From an uncultured virus (IMG/VR IMGVR_UViG_3300037070_004147) (Duplodnaviria > Heunggongvirae > Uroviricota > Caudoviricetes), in the IMG/VR virus record IMGVR_UViG_3300037070_004147: a DNA stretch of 64,000 nucleotides; one strand, written 5' to 3'. Made by a program: the position numbers and the translations under genes. Shown here in pieces: positions 9,406 to 18,170 of this stretch (the stretch's first letter is position 1; each line of letters opens with the position of its first letter). A model generated the notes under the pieces. The model was not told the DNA's origin. It saw only the letters and a program-made list of their open reading frames with translations, and searched no databases.

Positions 9406-9870
9406 TTATAGACTCGATTCGTCGAAGATTGCAACGGTGTGATTGTCGATGGCGGCCTCCGAGCGGTCGGCCGGTTTCCCGATATTCGGTATTTTTTTCG
9501 CAACCTCGAGCAGGGCTTCTGCGATATCCTGTTTATGAGCGAAATGCGTCGCCCAGATCGTCACCCAGTGTTTCGCCTCCGCCAACGTATCCGATCGTGC
9601 CGCCGCGAGGACCCTTTGCAGCCGGTCAATCTCGACGTTGGCGACGGTCTTGGCGGCAAGCGCCTCGTTCAGCCTTACCAACACGGTTTTCTCAGCTTTG
9701 GGTGAGCCCTCTCTCAACGCCGCCACGATGGCGTCAACGGGGATTATCGAAGACGTTCGCTGAATATTCCATTCTTTGTACCCTACATGAATGGCCCCGT
9801 CCTTGACCTCCCATTCCAGTTTAGTTGGCCCGTGATATCCTGCGCTCGGCATCACGCGTCCTTCATCCAA
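9406..9870 (-). CDS. hypothetical protein
   Basis: 154-aa ORF in the - strand operon. Confidence 0.55.
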   Translation of the reverse strand: MDEGRVMPSAGYHGPTKLEWEVKDGAIHVGYKEWNIQRTSSIIPVDAIVAALREGSPKAEKTVLVRLNEALAAKTVANVEIDRLQRVLAAARSDTLAEAKHWVTIWATHFAHKQDIAEALLEVAKKIPNIGKPADRSEAAIDNHTVAIFDESSL

Positions 9871-10370
9871 ACCGCCAGCACATAACGCACGCCGCCAGTG
9901 ATGGGGTTAACGTAGTGCTGGTACTCGTGTGTGGTCGGGCTAGCCACCAAGAGCCCAGGCTTAGGGACCGCAATATGGCGCATCTCCGGAAACACCAACT
10001 CACCGCCGGTGAAGTCGACTCCGCACTCATTGAGATAGAGTAGCGCCGTCCACACCCGCTGGGGCGTGTGGTTCGGCTCCCACTTATCATCGATCAGGCG
10101 CTCTGCGTCGGCGTGCAGCCGGTGCTGGTCGCCTTCATGCATCTCGCTCAGCATCGCGTATTCTACAGCGATATCCCGGTCAGCGTAGTCGCGGACCTTG
10201 GCACTCACAGCGCTGACGGCGTGCCGCAGCGTGTCGCAGGATATGGAGTTAGCCGGCGCTTCCCTGCGGCCCAAGTAGCCCTGACGTACGTCAGCACCCT
10301 GAAATGCATCGATGATTTCACGGCACTCAGCGGCTGTGATGAAGTCGGGGTAGGATAGAATGTCGATCAT
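9852..10370 (-). CDS. 2OG-Fe(II) oxygenase, prolyl-4-hydroxylase-like
   Basis: HAD..TALLYLN..FTGGELVF..HYVNPITGGVRY: HxD..H triad plus 2OG-binding Arg. Confidence 0.9.
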   Translation of the reverse strand: MIDILSYPDFITAAECREIIDAFQGADVRQGYLGRREAPANSISCDTLRHAVSAVSAKVRDYADRDIAVEYAMLSEMHEGDQHRLHADAERLIDDKWEPNHTPQRVWTALLYLNECGVDFTGGELVFPEMRHIAVPKPGLLVASPTTHEYQHYVNPITGGVRYVLAVWMKDA

Positions 10371-10609
10371 CCAGAAGTTTCCTCGTTTCGCCGGCGGGCA
10401 GCCAGCATGTTGTCGGCATATCGGTATCGGAGGTCGGCGACGATCTCCACCGTATCGCGAAGCTTCGGCCTATGCGGCTCGTTGTACGGGTTGTTCGCCT
10501 TGTCGAACATGTATTGTTTCTCGATGTCTGAGACAGACGGCTGCGGTGCATGGGCCGCGAAGTAGTCGCGAAGCGTCATGCCAAGGACGTGAGTTTCAAT
10601 GGTCATCAA
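10367..10609 (-). CDS. conserved phage hypothetical (MTLRDYFA family)
   Basis: GMTLRDYFAA..YADNMLAAR; paralog at 61253. Confidence 0.7.
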   Translation of the reverse strand: MMTIETHVLGMTLRDYFAAHAPQPSVSDIEKQYMFDKANNPYNEPHRPKLRDTVEIVADLRYRYADNMLAARRRNEETSG

Positions 10610-10914
10610 TGCTCCTCCGCATGTCGGTGCAGTTGATGCGCTATTCCCAGGAAGGATGATAGCTCCGGGATTCGCGTAAGGCGCACTGCCTCCGCTGTTT
10701 CCTCGCTGGGATATTCCATCTGCGCGAGAAGCATGCGGATGTGCTCATAGCCAGTCGGGTCTCTGGTAAGGAAGCTCCTTTCTGCGGTGATGATGGCTTC
10801 TTCAACCGTGATTCGGTCCAGGCGCTCTGGGTCGTCCATCTCTGGGTCTTCCGTGGCGTATGTCAGAATCAGATCCTTGTCGTGTTCCATTAGGAATTCC
10901 TCAAGCTGGGTCAT
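10606..10914 (-). CDS. hypothetical protein
   Basis: 102 aa, RBS AAAGGAGCCAACC. Confidence 0.7.
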   Translation of the reverse strand: MTQLEEFLMEHDKDLILTYATEDPEMDDPERLDRITVEEAIITAERSFLTRDPTGYEHIRMLLAQMEYPSEETAEAVRLTRIPELSSFLGIAHQLHRHAEEH

Positions 10915-10963
10915 TGGTTGGCTCCTTTAAGAATACCCCCGAGGCGTATGCGTTCCGACTGCC

Positions 10964-11293
10964 TCAAAGGATTGCCTGAAAGGCTTCGGGAACGTCATCT
11001 TCGTGCATGAAGCCTGCCTGGACCGCCACTCGATAAGGCTGGGCTTCTGCGTCTTCGTCAGCCCAAGCATCCGAGCCATAAACCGGATAGAATTCGGTCC
11101 ACTTGTCGGGATCGATTGAACCGAAAGCCCGAACCTTTGCGGCGAGATAATCCGTAGCAGCTTCGTCAACGAACAGGCCGCGAAGAATATAGCGTGCTCC
11201 GCGGGAGGTTTCGGCGACGATATCAAACTGATGCGGGGTTCCGTCCAGGGACGGGCCAGCCTCTACGGTTGCGATGGCGATACGGTCGGTCAT
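10964..11293 (-). CDS. hypothetical protein
   Basis: 109 aa, preceded by promoter/RBS cassette. Confidence 0.75.
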   Translation of the reverse strand: MTDRIAIATVEAGPSLDGTPHQFDIVAETSRGARYILRGLFVDEAATDYLAAKVRAFGSIDPDKWTEFYPVYGSDAWADEDAEAQPYRVAVQAGFMHEDDVPEAFQAIL

Positions 11294-11348
11294 GTCGGTT
11301 GGCTCCTTCTGTGATTCTCACCCTAGCGCCACACGTGGCGAATGTCAA
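11294..11348 (-). promoter_or_regulatory. promoter-operator-RBS cassette, copy 1
   Basis: TTGACA-N17(GCCACGTGTGGC)-TAGGGT..AGAAGGAGCCAACC. Confidence 0.85.
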
Positions 11349-12937
11349 TCCTCTCTTGGTTTTATTTCGTGGACCCCCGTAACCTCAATCAGGTTCACTT
11401 TGGCGCGGGTAACGGCGACGTAGGCCAGATTGATTTCCTGCGCCTTCTGCCACGCCTGCTTGGCGAACTTGCTGGGCATCAGGGTGTCGCGGCCCAGAAG
11501 GTAAACGTTGTTCCACTCCAGTCCCTTGGCGCGGTGGCAGGAGGCCAGCGTGATGCAGCCAGCCTTGCTGGCGCCGTCGGTGAAGAGGTTGCGGATCATC
11601 TCCACCATGTCCTCGACGCGGGACATCCCCTGTGCGCGGGCGCGGTCCATAATCACGAAGAGGGTTTCAACCTGATCGTTGAGCCGGTCCGCTTTGTCCT
11701 CCTGCCCGCGGTCCATGAACTTGGCGACTTCGCGGTCGAGGTACTCGTTGAGCTTGTTCTCGAGGGCGACGAGCGTCTTGACGGAGTTCCAACGGTTGCA
11801 GAGGCGGATGAGGCCGTCACCGATAGCGCGCCCCTCCATGCGGGCCGGAAGTCCCATGCGGATCATCTTGAACGCCAGCGACACGAGGTACTTGTTGTTC
11901 CGGCAGAGGATGGCGGTTTCGGCGTACTCACCTTTCGGTGTGTGAGGGAGGTCGGCCAGGAAGTCCCCAAAGTCTTCGGTGGTCACCGAGCCCTCGATGG
12001 CGTCCTCATGCGACTCGATGTGAGACACGATACGCTGAGCGTGGCGGATAACCGCTCGGGGGCAGCGGTAGGAAACCGACAGGGGCAGCCGGATAGCCCC
12101 ATGTTCGCGCCCCAGCTGGTCCAGGGCGTCGTTGTCCGCGCCGGTGAAGCCGTAGATCGCCTGATGCGGATCGCCCACCGCGATGAGGCGGCCACCCGGT
12201 GCCAGCAGTGCCCCAGCGAGCGCACGACGAGTCGGGTTGGTGTCCTGCGCCTCATCAACGATCACCCAGTCGTTCTGGGCAAGCTTCAAGCGGTGGACGA
12301 GAGGCAGGTAGACCATGTCGTCAAAATCGATGACGTCGATCATGTTGTTCGACCGAGCCAATGCCGTGCGCGCGAAGGCGACCGCCGTCGTCAGGTTTGC
12401 CTCTTCCGGAAGCTGGGCGTCCAGGTCGAAGTGCGAGATCATGTCGTACCAAGCGTCCACGTCGTCGATTTTGGTGACGGCGCCGATGCCACGGTTCTTG
12501 GCCATGGAGATGATCTTCAGGATCGTTCCCTCCATGTCGCGTAGATCGTAGCGAGTGACCTTATCGGCCGCTTCACGCTCGAGGATCAGGTTGTCGAGGA
12601 TCTTCTGGACTTTCTTCTGGTCGGTCTGGACTCGCTTGCTGACCATGCGAAGAGCCTGGAAACCGGCCGCATGGAAGGTAGAGAACGACACGTCAGGACG
12701 ACCGGCAAGCTCCGACATCTTCGCTGCGCGAGCCTTCATCTCCTCGGCGTTCTTTTTGTTGTAGACGCCCATCCAGACGCTGCCCGGCATGCGCGAGATA
12801 CCCTGGAGGCAGGTGGTGGTCTTGCCGGCCCCAGCGACAGCTTCGAGCAGCGCGGATCCGGATCCGTTCTCGATGAAATCGAAGAACGCCTGCTGTGCGG
12901 CGGAGGGGATGAACGGCTTGGCGGTGGCGGTGGTCAT
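11345..12937 (-). CDS. UvrD/Rep-like SF1 helicase
   Basis: AVAGAGKTT, VDEAQD, GDPHQAIYGF, SYRCP, HRAKGLEW, YVAVTRA; start set at the ATG after the cassette. Confidence 0.93.
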   Translation of the reverse strand: MTTATAKPFIPSAAQQAFFDFIENGSGSALLEAVAGAGKTTTCLQGISRMPGSVWMGVYNKKNAEEMKARAAKMSELAGRPDVSFSTFHAAGFQALRMVSKRVQTDQKKVQKILDNLILEREAADKVTRYDLRDMEGTILKIISMAKNRGIGAVTKIDDVDAWYDMISHFDLDAQLPEEANLTTAVAFARTALARSNNMIDVIDFDDMVYLPLVHRLKLAQNDWVIVDEAQDTNPTRRALAGALLAPGGRLIAVGDPHQAIYGFTGADNDALDQLGREHGAIRLPLSVSYRCPRAVIRHAQRIVSHIESHEDAIEGSVTTEDFGDFLADLPHTPKGEYAETAILCRNNKYLVSLAFKMIRMGLPARMEGRAIGDGLIRLCNRWNSVKTLVALENKLNEYLDREVAKFMDRGQEDKADRLNDQVETLFVIMDRARAQGMSRVEDMVEMIRNLFTDGASKAGCITLASCHRAKGLEWNNVYLLGRDTLMPSKFAKQAWQKAQEINLAYVAVTRAKVNLIEVTGVHEIKPRED

Positions 12938-12991
12938 CGGGTTGGCTCCTTCTGATGATTCGACCTTACAGCCACGCGTGGCATATGTCAA
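12938..12991 (-). promoter_or_regulatory. promoter-operator-RBS cassette, copy 2
   Basis: TTGACA-N17(GCCACGCGTGGC)-TAAGGT..AGAAGGAGCCAACCC. Confidence 0.88.
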
Positions 12992-12994
12992 CGA

Positions 12995-13534
12995 TTATCC
13001 TCCCAGAGATTTGCGCGTCAATCCAAGCTCTCGGCGAAGCATAGCGTATGCCGCACGCCAGCCATCGCCGTGTGGTGTTTTCCAGTCCAGTCGCTCTTGC
13101 CATGCAGGCACATCAAAATTTAGTCTGGGGTGCATTGCTTGGCGCCGCACTTTGCGCCCTATCGTGTATTGGATCGCGTGGGCAGTCTCGTGCGCGATGG
13201 CTGCCTTGAGCGGCGCCCACTCGTCTGCGGCGGCGACGAATGAGCCTATAGTCGGATCATCCGCGATACGGGCATATTCGGTAAATCCCCATCCTAACGT
13301 GACACGGCATGCGCTCGGGGTGTAGCGTCCTGGCGCGATTGAGATACGGGGCTTGACCGGCTCGTCTCGCCAATGGGAGCTATAAACTCCGCCCCAGCAG
13401 CGATAGCCGTTCCAGTTTATCGTCACGTCAACGGCCCAATCGGACGGCAACGCCATCTCAGATGTTTTCCGCTTGGCGATCCTGGCGCAAGCTTTCGCCG
13501 TGCTTCGCACGATCTTTTCGATATCGTCTTTCAT
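12995..13534 (-). CDS. SprT-like zinc metalloprotease
   Basis: AHETAH (HExxH) plus downstream HGDGW motif. Confidence 0.75.
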   Translation of the reverse strand: MKDDIEKIVRSTAKACARIAKRKTSEMALPSDWAVDVTINWNGYRCWGGVYSSHWRDEPVKPRISIAPGRYTPSACRVTLGWGFTEYARIADDPTIGSFVAAADEWAPLKAAIAHETAHAIQYTIGRKVRRQAMHPRLNFDVPAWQERLDWKTPHGDGWRAAYAMLRRELGLTRKSLGG

Positions 13535-13588
13535 CGGGTTGGCTCCTTCTGATGATTCGACCTTAACGCCACGTGTGGCCGCAGTCAA
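13535..13588 (-). promoter_or_regulatory. promoter-operator-RBS cassette, copy 3
   Basis: TTGACT-N17(GCCACACGTGGC)-TAAGGT..AGAAGGAGCCAACCC. Confidence 0.88.
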
Positions 13589-13596
13589 TCAGGAAT

Positions 13597-13625
13597 TTGA
13601 GCCGGCCCTGTGATTGGTGTAGTGT
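13597..13625 (+). promoter_or_regulatory. possible divergent sigma70-type promoter
   Basis: TTGAGC-N17-TAGTGT back-to-back with cassette 3. Confidence 0.4.
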
Positions 13626-13663
13626 GAGCGGAATCATGCCGAAGCAAAGGAAGCACGCACCTC

Positions 13664-13840
13664 ATGGAACCGCTTGATCGCGCCATGTCTAACGACCTCA
13701 AGACCGTCAAAGCCGATGTGAAGGATCTCAACCTACAAGTCCGCGCATTGCCTAGTAAGCGCTGGCTGCTGATGATGCTCCTGGCAGCTGCCGCAGCCTT
13801 CAGCGCCGGGCTTCTTATCGGCGTAAGGTGGATCTCGTGA
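13664..13840 (+). CDS. small membrane protein (58 aa, not in ORF track)
   Basis: MEPLDRAM..WLLMMLLAAAAAFSAGLLIGVRWIS; stop overlaps next start (GTGA). Confidence 0.6.
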   Translation: MEPLDRAMSNDLKTVKADVKDLNLQVRALPSKRWLLMMLLAAAAAFSAGLLIGVRWIS

Positions 13841-14562
13841 CGGAGCTTACCTGTTACCGCGTCGAGACGTCACCCCCCGAGATCGTGCCGGCGCGATCCT
13901 CACGCCAATGGATGGACGACACACCTCTCCGCTATGCGTATCGCTGCCTTCCCATCTCAATGGCCAACGCTAGCGGCTGGGAAATCCTCTGCCCGGATGA
14001 TTTCACGGCGCACTGGAACGGCGCCAACCACAAGGAAGCGATCTCTATCGACGGCGACGGCCGCAGCGCCACGTCGCACTTCGGTAATGGCATCCTGACC
14101 TTCCATGTTGGCTATTTGTTCCGAACCTCTCCCGGTTGGGCAATCTGGATGCGGGGGCGTCCAAACTCGCACAAGGAAGGTATCTACCCGCTTGAGGGTG
14201 TCGTCGAAACGGATTGGCTGGACTTCCCTGCCACCATGAACTGGCAGTTTACACAGCCGGGGTCCGTCAGCTTCTCGAGAGGTGAGACCTTTTGCTTCCT
14301 GACTTTGCTGCCGCACTCACAGATGGACGACATCCAGCCGACGATGCCGCCAATATCGGCTAACAAGGAACTGAATGCGGCCTACGCCGCTAGAAGCCAT
14401 AGCCGGAGTCAGTTTAACCAAGGGCTGCAGAAGGCGGATCCCGATGTAGTAGCTCAAGGTTGGCAGAAGAATTACACCAAGGGGCAGAATGCCTATGGCG
14501 CTAAGGCAGGATCGTACCACCTTACAAAGCGTTTGCTAAAGTCGCCTCAGCGTATAGAGTGA
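13837..14562 (+). CDS. DUF6065-family protein
   Basis: RQWMD..YAYRCLPISMANASGWEI..GVVETDW..TMNW pattern. Confidence 0.75.
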   Translation: MTELTCYRVETSPPEIVPARSSRQWMDDTPLRYAYRCLPISMANASGWEILCPDDFTAHWNGANHKEAISIDGDGRSATSHFGNGILTFHVGYLFRTSPGWAIWMRGRPNSHKEGIYPLEGVVETDWLDFPATMNWQFTQPGSVSFSRGETFCFLTLLPHSQMDDIQPTMPPISANKELNAAYAARSHSRSQFNQGLQKADPDVVAQGWQKNYTKGQNAYGAKAGSYHLTKRLLKSPQRIE

Positions 14563-14798
14563 TTGGGTTGAGTGCAGAACTAACCCGGCGAGGGGCGTGG
14601 GTTATGATTGATGGCTTCAAGATTCCTAAAGTTCCGTTGCCGCGTGGGTGGAAGATCGGCGACTGGGCCTCCAGAACCAAAAATGCCAACCTGGGACTTG
14701 TGGTTGACTTTGATAGGCACACCTTGACGGTAGACTACGAGGATGGAAGCTCGATCCGTCTACCCATCTTGTTGTGGCGGAAGGCTCAGAAGGTTTAG
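14559..14798 (+). CDS. hypothetical protein
   Basis: 79-aa ORF coupled to the previous gene. Confidence 0.45.
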   Translation: MIGLSAELTRRGAWVMIDGFKIPKVPLPRGWKIGDWASRTKNANLGLVVDFDRHTLTVDYEDGSSIRLPILLWRKAQKV

Positions 14799-14800
14799 TA

Positions 14801-14830
14801 TTGCACCATTTCCGGTATCTGCACTATAAT
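14801..14830 (+). promoter_or_regulatory. sigma70-type promoter for capsid operon
   Basis: TTGCAC-N18-TATAAT, 48 nt upstream of the start codon. Confidence 0.6.
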
Positions 14831-14878
14831 GACGCCCATTGCTTAACGGCTGTCACCTAGAGAGGGAAGCCGGTCACG

Positions 14879-16870
14879 ATGACGGTTATAAACCGAGCTT
14901 ATTCGATACTGAATGTTAAGGCGGTTAGCGAGGAAAAGCGCGAGATTCGCGGTATCGCAACCACGCCTTCCACCGATCGTATGGGCGATATCGTCGAGCC
15001 TCTCGGCGTTAAGTTTCGCAATCCGCTGGCGTTGCTTCATCAGCATGACAGCGCGCGGCCGGTTGGCCATGTTACCTTCTCGAAGCCTACGGCTAAGGGC
15101 ATCGAATTCACCGCGCAGGTTATCAAGGTCGACCAGCCCGGTGAGCTTAAGAATCGCGTAGACCTTGCCTGGGACGAAGTTAAGGCCGGTCTAGTTCGCG
15201 CCGTTTCGATTGGGTTCCGACCTATTGAGATGGCTTTTATGGACACCGGCGGCATTCGTTTCCTTGAGAGTGAAGTTTTGGAATTGTCGCTGGTTACGAT
15301 CCCAGCTAACGCTGATGCCACAATCACTTCGGTGAAGAGCATCGACCATGCCGAGATGGCCGCTCGCGGCAATACCGGCACTGACTGGATCCGCACCGCC
15401 GATCCCGACGAGCTTAAAGCCGTCGGCATCCGCGTGAAGGATAGCAACACCCCCGCCGCGTCCGGCGATACCCCGAAACCTGTCGTCAGGAGAACCAAAG
15501 TGGCGAAGAAGAGCTATGCCGATCTCATCGCGGAGTGGAAGGCCACTCGCGCTGAGAAGTCGGCCGCAATGGAAGCTATCATGTCCAAGGACGGCGGCGA
15601 GACTCTCGACGCCGCCGAGCAGGACGAATTCGACGGTATCGTCGAGGAACTGAAGCAGATCGATGGGCAGATTGCCCGCCTCACGATCGCCGAGAAGAAC
15701 GCTGTCGCCACCGCGGCTGCCGTTCCCAGCGAGCCCAAGGCGGCCTCTGAGCGTCCGACCGTTGCGGCGGTTGCGCGTTCTGCCCCGGTTGAGCCCGGCG
15801 TGCGCTTCGCTCGCTATGCTCGCTGCCTCGCGCTCTCGCATCGCGATCACCGCGACATCGAGCGCGTTGCTAACGATCTGTATGCGGATCGCGACCCGGA
15901 AATGGTCGGCGTGGTTAAGGCGGCGGTTGCTGCGGTTAACCAGGGCAACACCACGCTGGTCGGCAATATCGGCGGCTTCGGCGATTTCGTCGAGTACCTC
16001 CGCCCGAAGACCATCCTGGGCAAGTTCGGCACCAACGGTATCCCGGCGCTGAACACTGTTCCTTTCCGTATCCCGCTGATCACCCAGGACACCGCGTCGT
16101 CGGCCAGCTGGGTTGGCGAGGGCAAGGGTAAGCCGGTCACCACGCTGACGACCGCGCGCACCACTCTTGACCCGCTGAAGATCACCGCGCTTGCGGTTGC
16201 GACGATGGAGCAGCTTCGCGACTCCTCGCCGTCGGTTGAGACTGTCATCCGTAACGATCTGGCTCGCTCGATCGTTTATGGTATCGATATCGCCTTTATC
16301 GACCCGGCGAACGCTGGTACCTCGACTGTCAAGCCGGCCTCGATCACCAATGGCCTCACCGCCATTACCTCGAGCGGCCAGGACATCGAAGCTGTTTACG
16401 AGGACGTCACTGCGGTGCTCGCGACCTTCGCGGCTGCCAACAATGACGACATGAGCGACGCGGTTTGGATCATGTCCAACTCGACCGCCATGTACCTCTC
16501 GGTGCTGCGTAACACCATGGGCAATCGGGAATTCCCGGAGCTTCGCCTTGACGGTGGCACGTTCTTCGGCATCCCGGTCATCACCTCCTCGGCAGCCGGC
16601 ACGACCGTTACGCTGCTTAAGGCTGGCGATGTCTGGCTCGGCGATGAGGGCGGGATCAACGTTTCGATCTCGACCGAGGCCTCGATCGAAATGATTGACG
16701 CCCCGACTAACGCCTCGATTGGCGCGGATCCTGTTGAAACCACGTTGGTTTCGATGTTCCAGACCAACAGCGTTGCGTTCCTTCTCGAGCGTACCATCAG
16801 CTGGAAGCGTCGTCGCGCTGCGGGCTTTAAGCACGTGACCGGCGTTACCTGGGGCGTTGGCGCGAGCTAA
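14879..16870 (+). CDS. prohead protease-major capsid protein fusion (HK97 type)
   Basis: N-terminal protease (GIATTPSTDRMGD, LHQHD, VSIGF, ELSLVTIPAN), coiled coil, capsid domain (WVGEG, PASIT). Confidence 0.95.
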   Translation: MTVINRAYSILNVKAVSEEKREIRGIATTPSTDRMGDIVEPLGVKFRNPLALLHQHDSARPVGHVTFSKPTAKGIEFTAQVIKVDQPGELKNRVDLAWDEVKAGLVRAVSIGFRPIEMAFMDTGGIRFLESEVLELSLVTIPANADATITSVKSIDHAEMAARGNTGTDWIRTADPDELKAVGIRVKDSNTPAASGDTPKPVVRRTKVAKKSYADLIAEWKATRAEKSAAMEAIMSKDGGETLDAAEQDEFDGIVEELKQIDGQIARLTIAEKNAVATAAAVPSEPKAASERPTVAAVARSAPVEPGVRFARYARCLALSHRDHRDIERVANDLYADRDPEMVGVVKAAVAAVNQGNTTLVGNIGGFGDFVEYLRPKTILGKFGTNGIPALNTVPFRIPLITQDTASSASWVGEGKGKPVTTLTTARTTLDPLKITALAVATMEQLRDSSPSVETVIRNDLARSIVYGIDIAFIDPANAGTSTVKPASITNGLTAITSSGQDIEAVYEDVTAVLATFAAANNDDMSDAVWIMSNSTAMYLSVLRNTMGNREFPELRLDGGTFFGIPVITSSAAGTTVTLLKAGDVWLGDEGGINVSISTEASIEMIDAPTNASIGADPVETTLVSMFQTNSVAFLLERTISWKRRRAAGFKHVTGVTWGVGAS

Positions 16871-16890
16871 CTAGCGGGGACTGCAAACAT

Positions 16891-16916
16891 GGGGAGAGGC
16901 TTCCGGGCCTCTCTCC
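16891..16916 (+). terminator. hairpin downstream of capsid gene
   Basis: GGGGAGAGGC-TTCCGG-GCCTCTCTCC; no U tract. Confidence 0.45.
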
Positions 16917-17013
16917 GCCAAGGATCCACAGGTGGCGCTTTCCTCGCCGTTTCCCCCTCGGGCCCAGGCGGGGGCCTGCTGGAGCCTCCTGGGCAACCTA
17001 TTCAGAGGATGAC

Positions 17014-17586
17014 ATGAAGAAGTCGCTAATCGCATCGCAGAACATGAAGTACGGTACCCGCCGGATGATGGCTGGCGATACCTTCGAGGCATCTCGGGGT
17101 GAGGCTAAGCTTCTTGTGGCCCTGGGTCGTGCCCAGTTTGCGCCCGAAGAGCGTGTCGCTGATGCCGTAGTTGAGCCGGCTCCGAAGCAGCTGCCTAAGG
17201 GACGGCTGAATCCTGCTAAGGAAAAGGCGAAGTCGGTTGGCCTCGGCGATGGGAAGACTAAGGCCGCAAAGATTACCAGGGAAGATGCCATTCCGCCGGC
17301 AGGTGAGCCCGCTCCTAAGCCTGAGCCTGAGCCGGCCCCTGAGCCCGCTCCTGAGCCCGCCTCTGAGCCAGCCAAGGCCCCTGTTTTCCGCGAGGACTCT
17401 CTGTTCCCGGCGGACGATGAGGAGCCTGAGGCCGTTCCTGCCAAGGTGGGTAAGCCGGTAGGTGTCGTGCAGATCGCTACTGAGCCGTCGCCTGAGGAAG
17501 AGAAAGCCAAAGCTAAGGCGAAAGCTGAGGCTCCAGACTCTGTGCCAGCTACGCCTGATAGCAAGCCTCCGGTGAGGAAGCCGTGA
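17014..17586 (+). CDS. head-region protein with Pro/Glu-rich tail
   Basis: AGDTFEA..KLLVALGRA domain followed by PEPAPE low complexity. Confidence 0.7.
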   Translation: MKKSLIASQNMKYGTRRMMAGDTFEASRGEAKLLVALGRAQFAPEERVADAVVEPAPKQLPKGRLNPAKEKAKSVGLGDGKTKAAKITREDAIPPAGEPAPKPEPEPAPEPAPEPASEPAKAPVFREDSLFPADDEEPEAVPAKVGKPVGVVQIATEPSPEEEKAKAKAKAEAPDSVPATPDSKPPVRKP

Positions 17587-17659
17587 ATTCTAGTAATACC
17601 CCCGAAGTCCGCGTTAGGACGCTCCGGGTTAACAACCTATCAACCAAGGAGTGCATCCT

Positions 17660-18061
17660 TTGACTTTGCAGTATTCCACCAGTGTAAGAAACGCCAAGTT
17701 GGACGCAATCGAAACCGCGATTGGCACCACGGCAGTTCTGAAGATCCGCACCGGTGCGGCCCCGGCGAACGTCGGCACCGCCGACTCCGGCACCGTGCTT
17801 GCCACCCTGACCCTTCCTTCTGACTGGATGGCCGCGGCTTCGTCCGGGTCGAAGGCGAAGTCGGGCACATGGCAGGACACCTCTGCGGACGCTTCGGGCA
17901 CCGCCGCCCACTTCCGTATCTACGCATCGGACGGCACTACGGCCCACATCCAGGGCACGGTCGGTACGTCGGGCGCGGATATGATTGTGGACTCGGTGTC
18001 GTTCACCGCCGGTCAGTCGTTCACCGTCTCGAGCTTCACGATCAACGATAACAACGCCTAA
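17660..18061 (+). CDS. putative virion protein
   Basis: RNAKLDAI..LKIRTG..VLATLTL..GTAAHFRI..IQGTVG, recurrent phage family; TTG start chosen by AAGGAG spacing. Confidence 0.7.
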   Translation: MTLQYSTSVRNAKLDAIETAIGTTAVLKIRTGAAPANVGTADSGTVLATLTLPSDWMAAASSGSKAKSGTWQDTSADASGTAAHFRIYASDGTTAHIQGTVGTSGADMIVDSVSFTAGQSFTVSSFTINDNNA

Positions 18062-18170
18062 AACTCCTTACATTAAAGGAGTTTATCAGATGGCGCGTCT
18101 GCCCCACCCGTTGCTCGCGTTTTCCTTAAAGGTTGACGCGAGCAAACTTTTGCGCGGAGCGAATTAAGAG

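Noticed and set aside
12938..13588. Similar N-termini in the ORF track (MTYATRGCKVESSEGANP / MTAATRGVKVESSEGANP)
   Set aside because: Artefact of translating the repeated promoter cassette; true starts are the ATGs after the RBS
15191..16834. Long antisense ORFs over capsid, repeat, helicase and tail genes
   Set aside because: Shadow frames of GC-rich biased coding; no RBS or protein motifs
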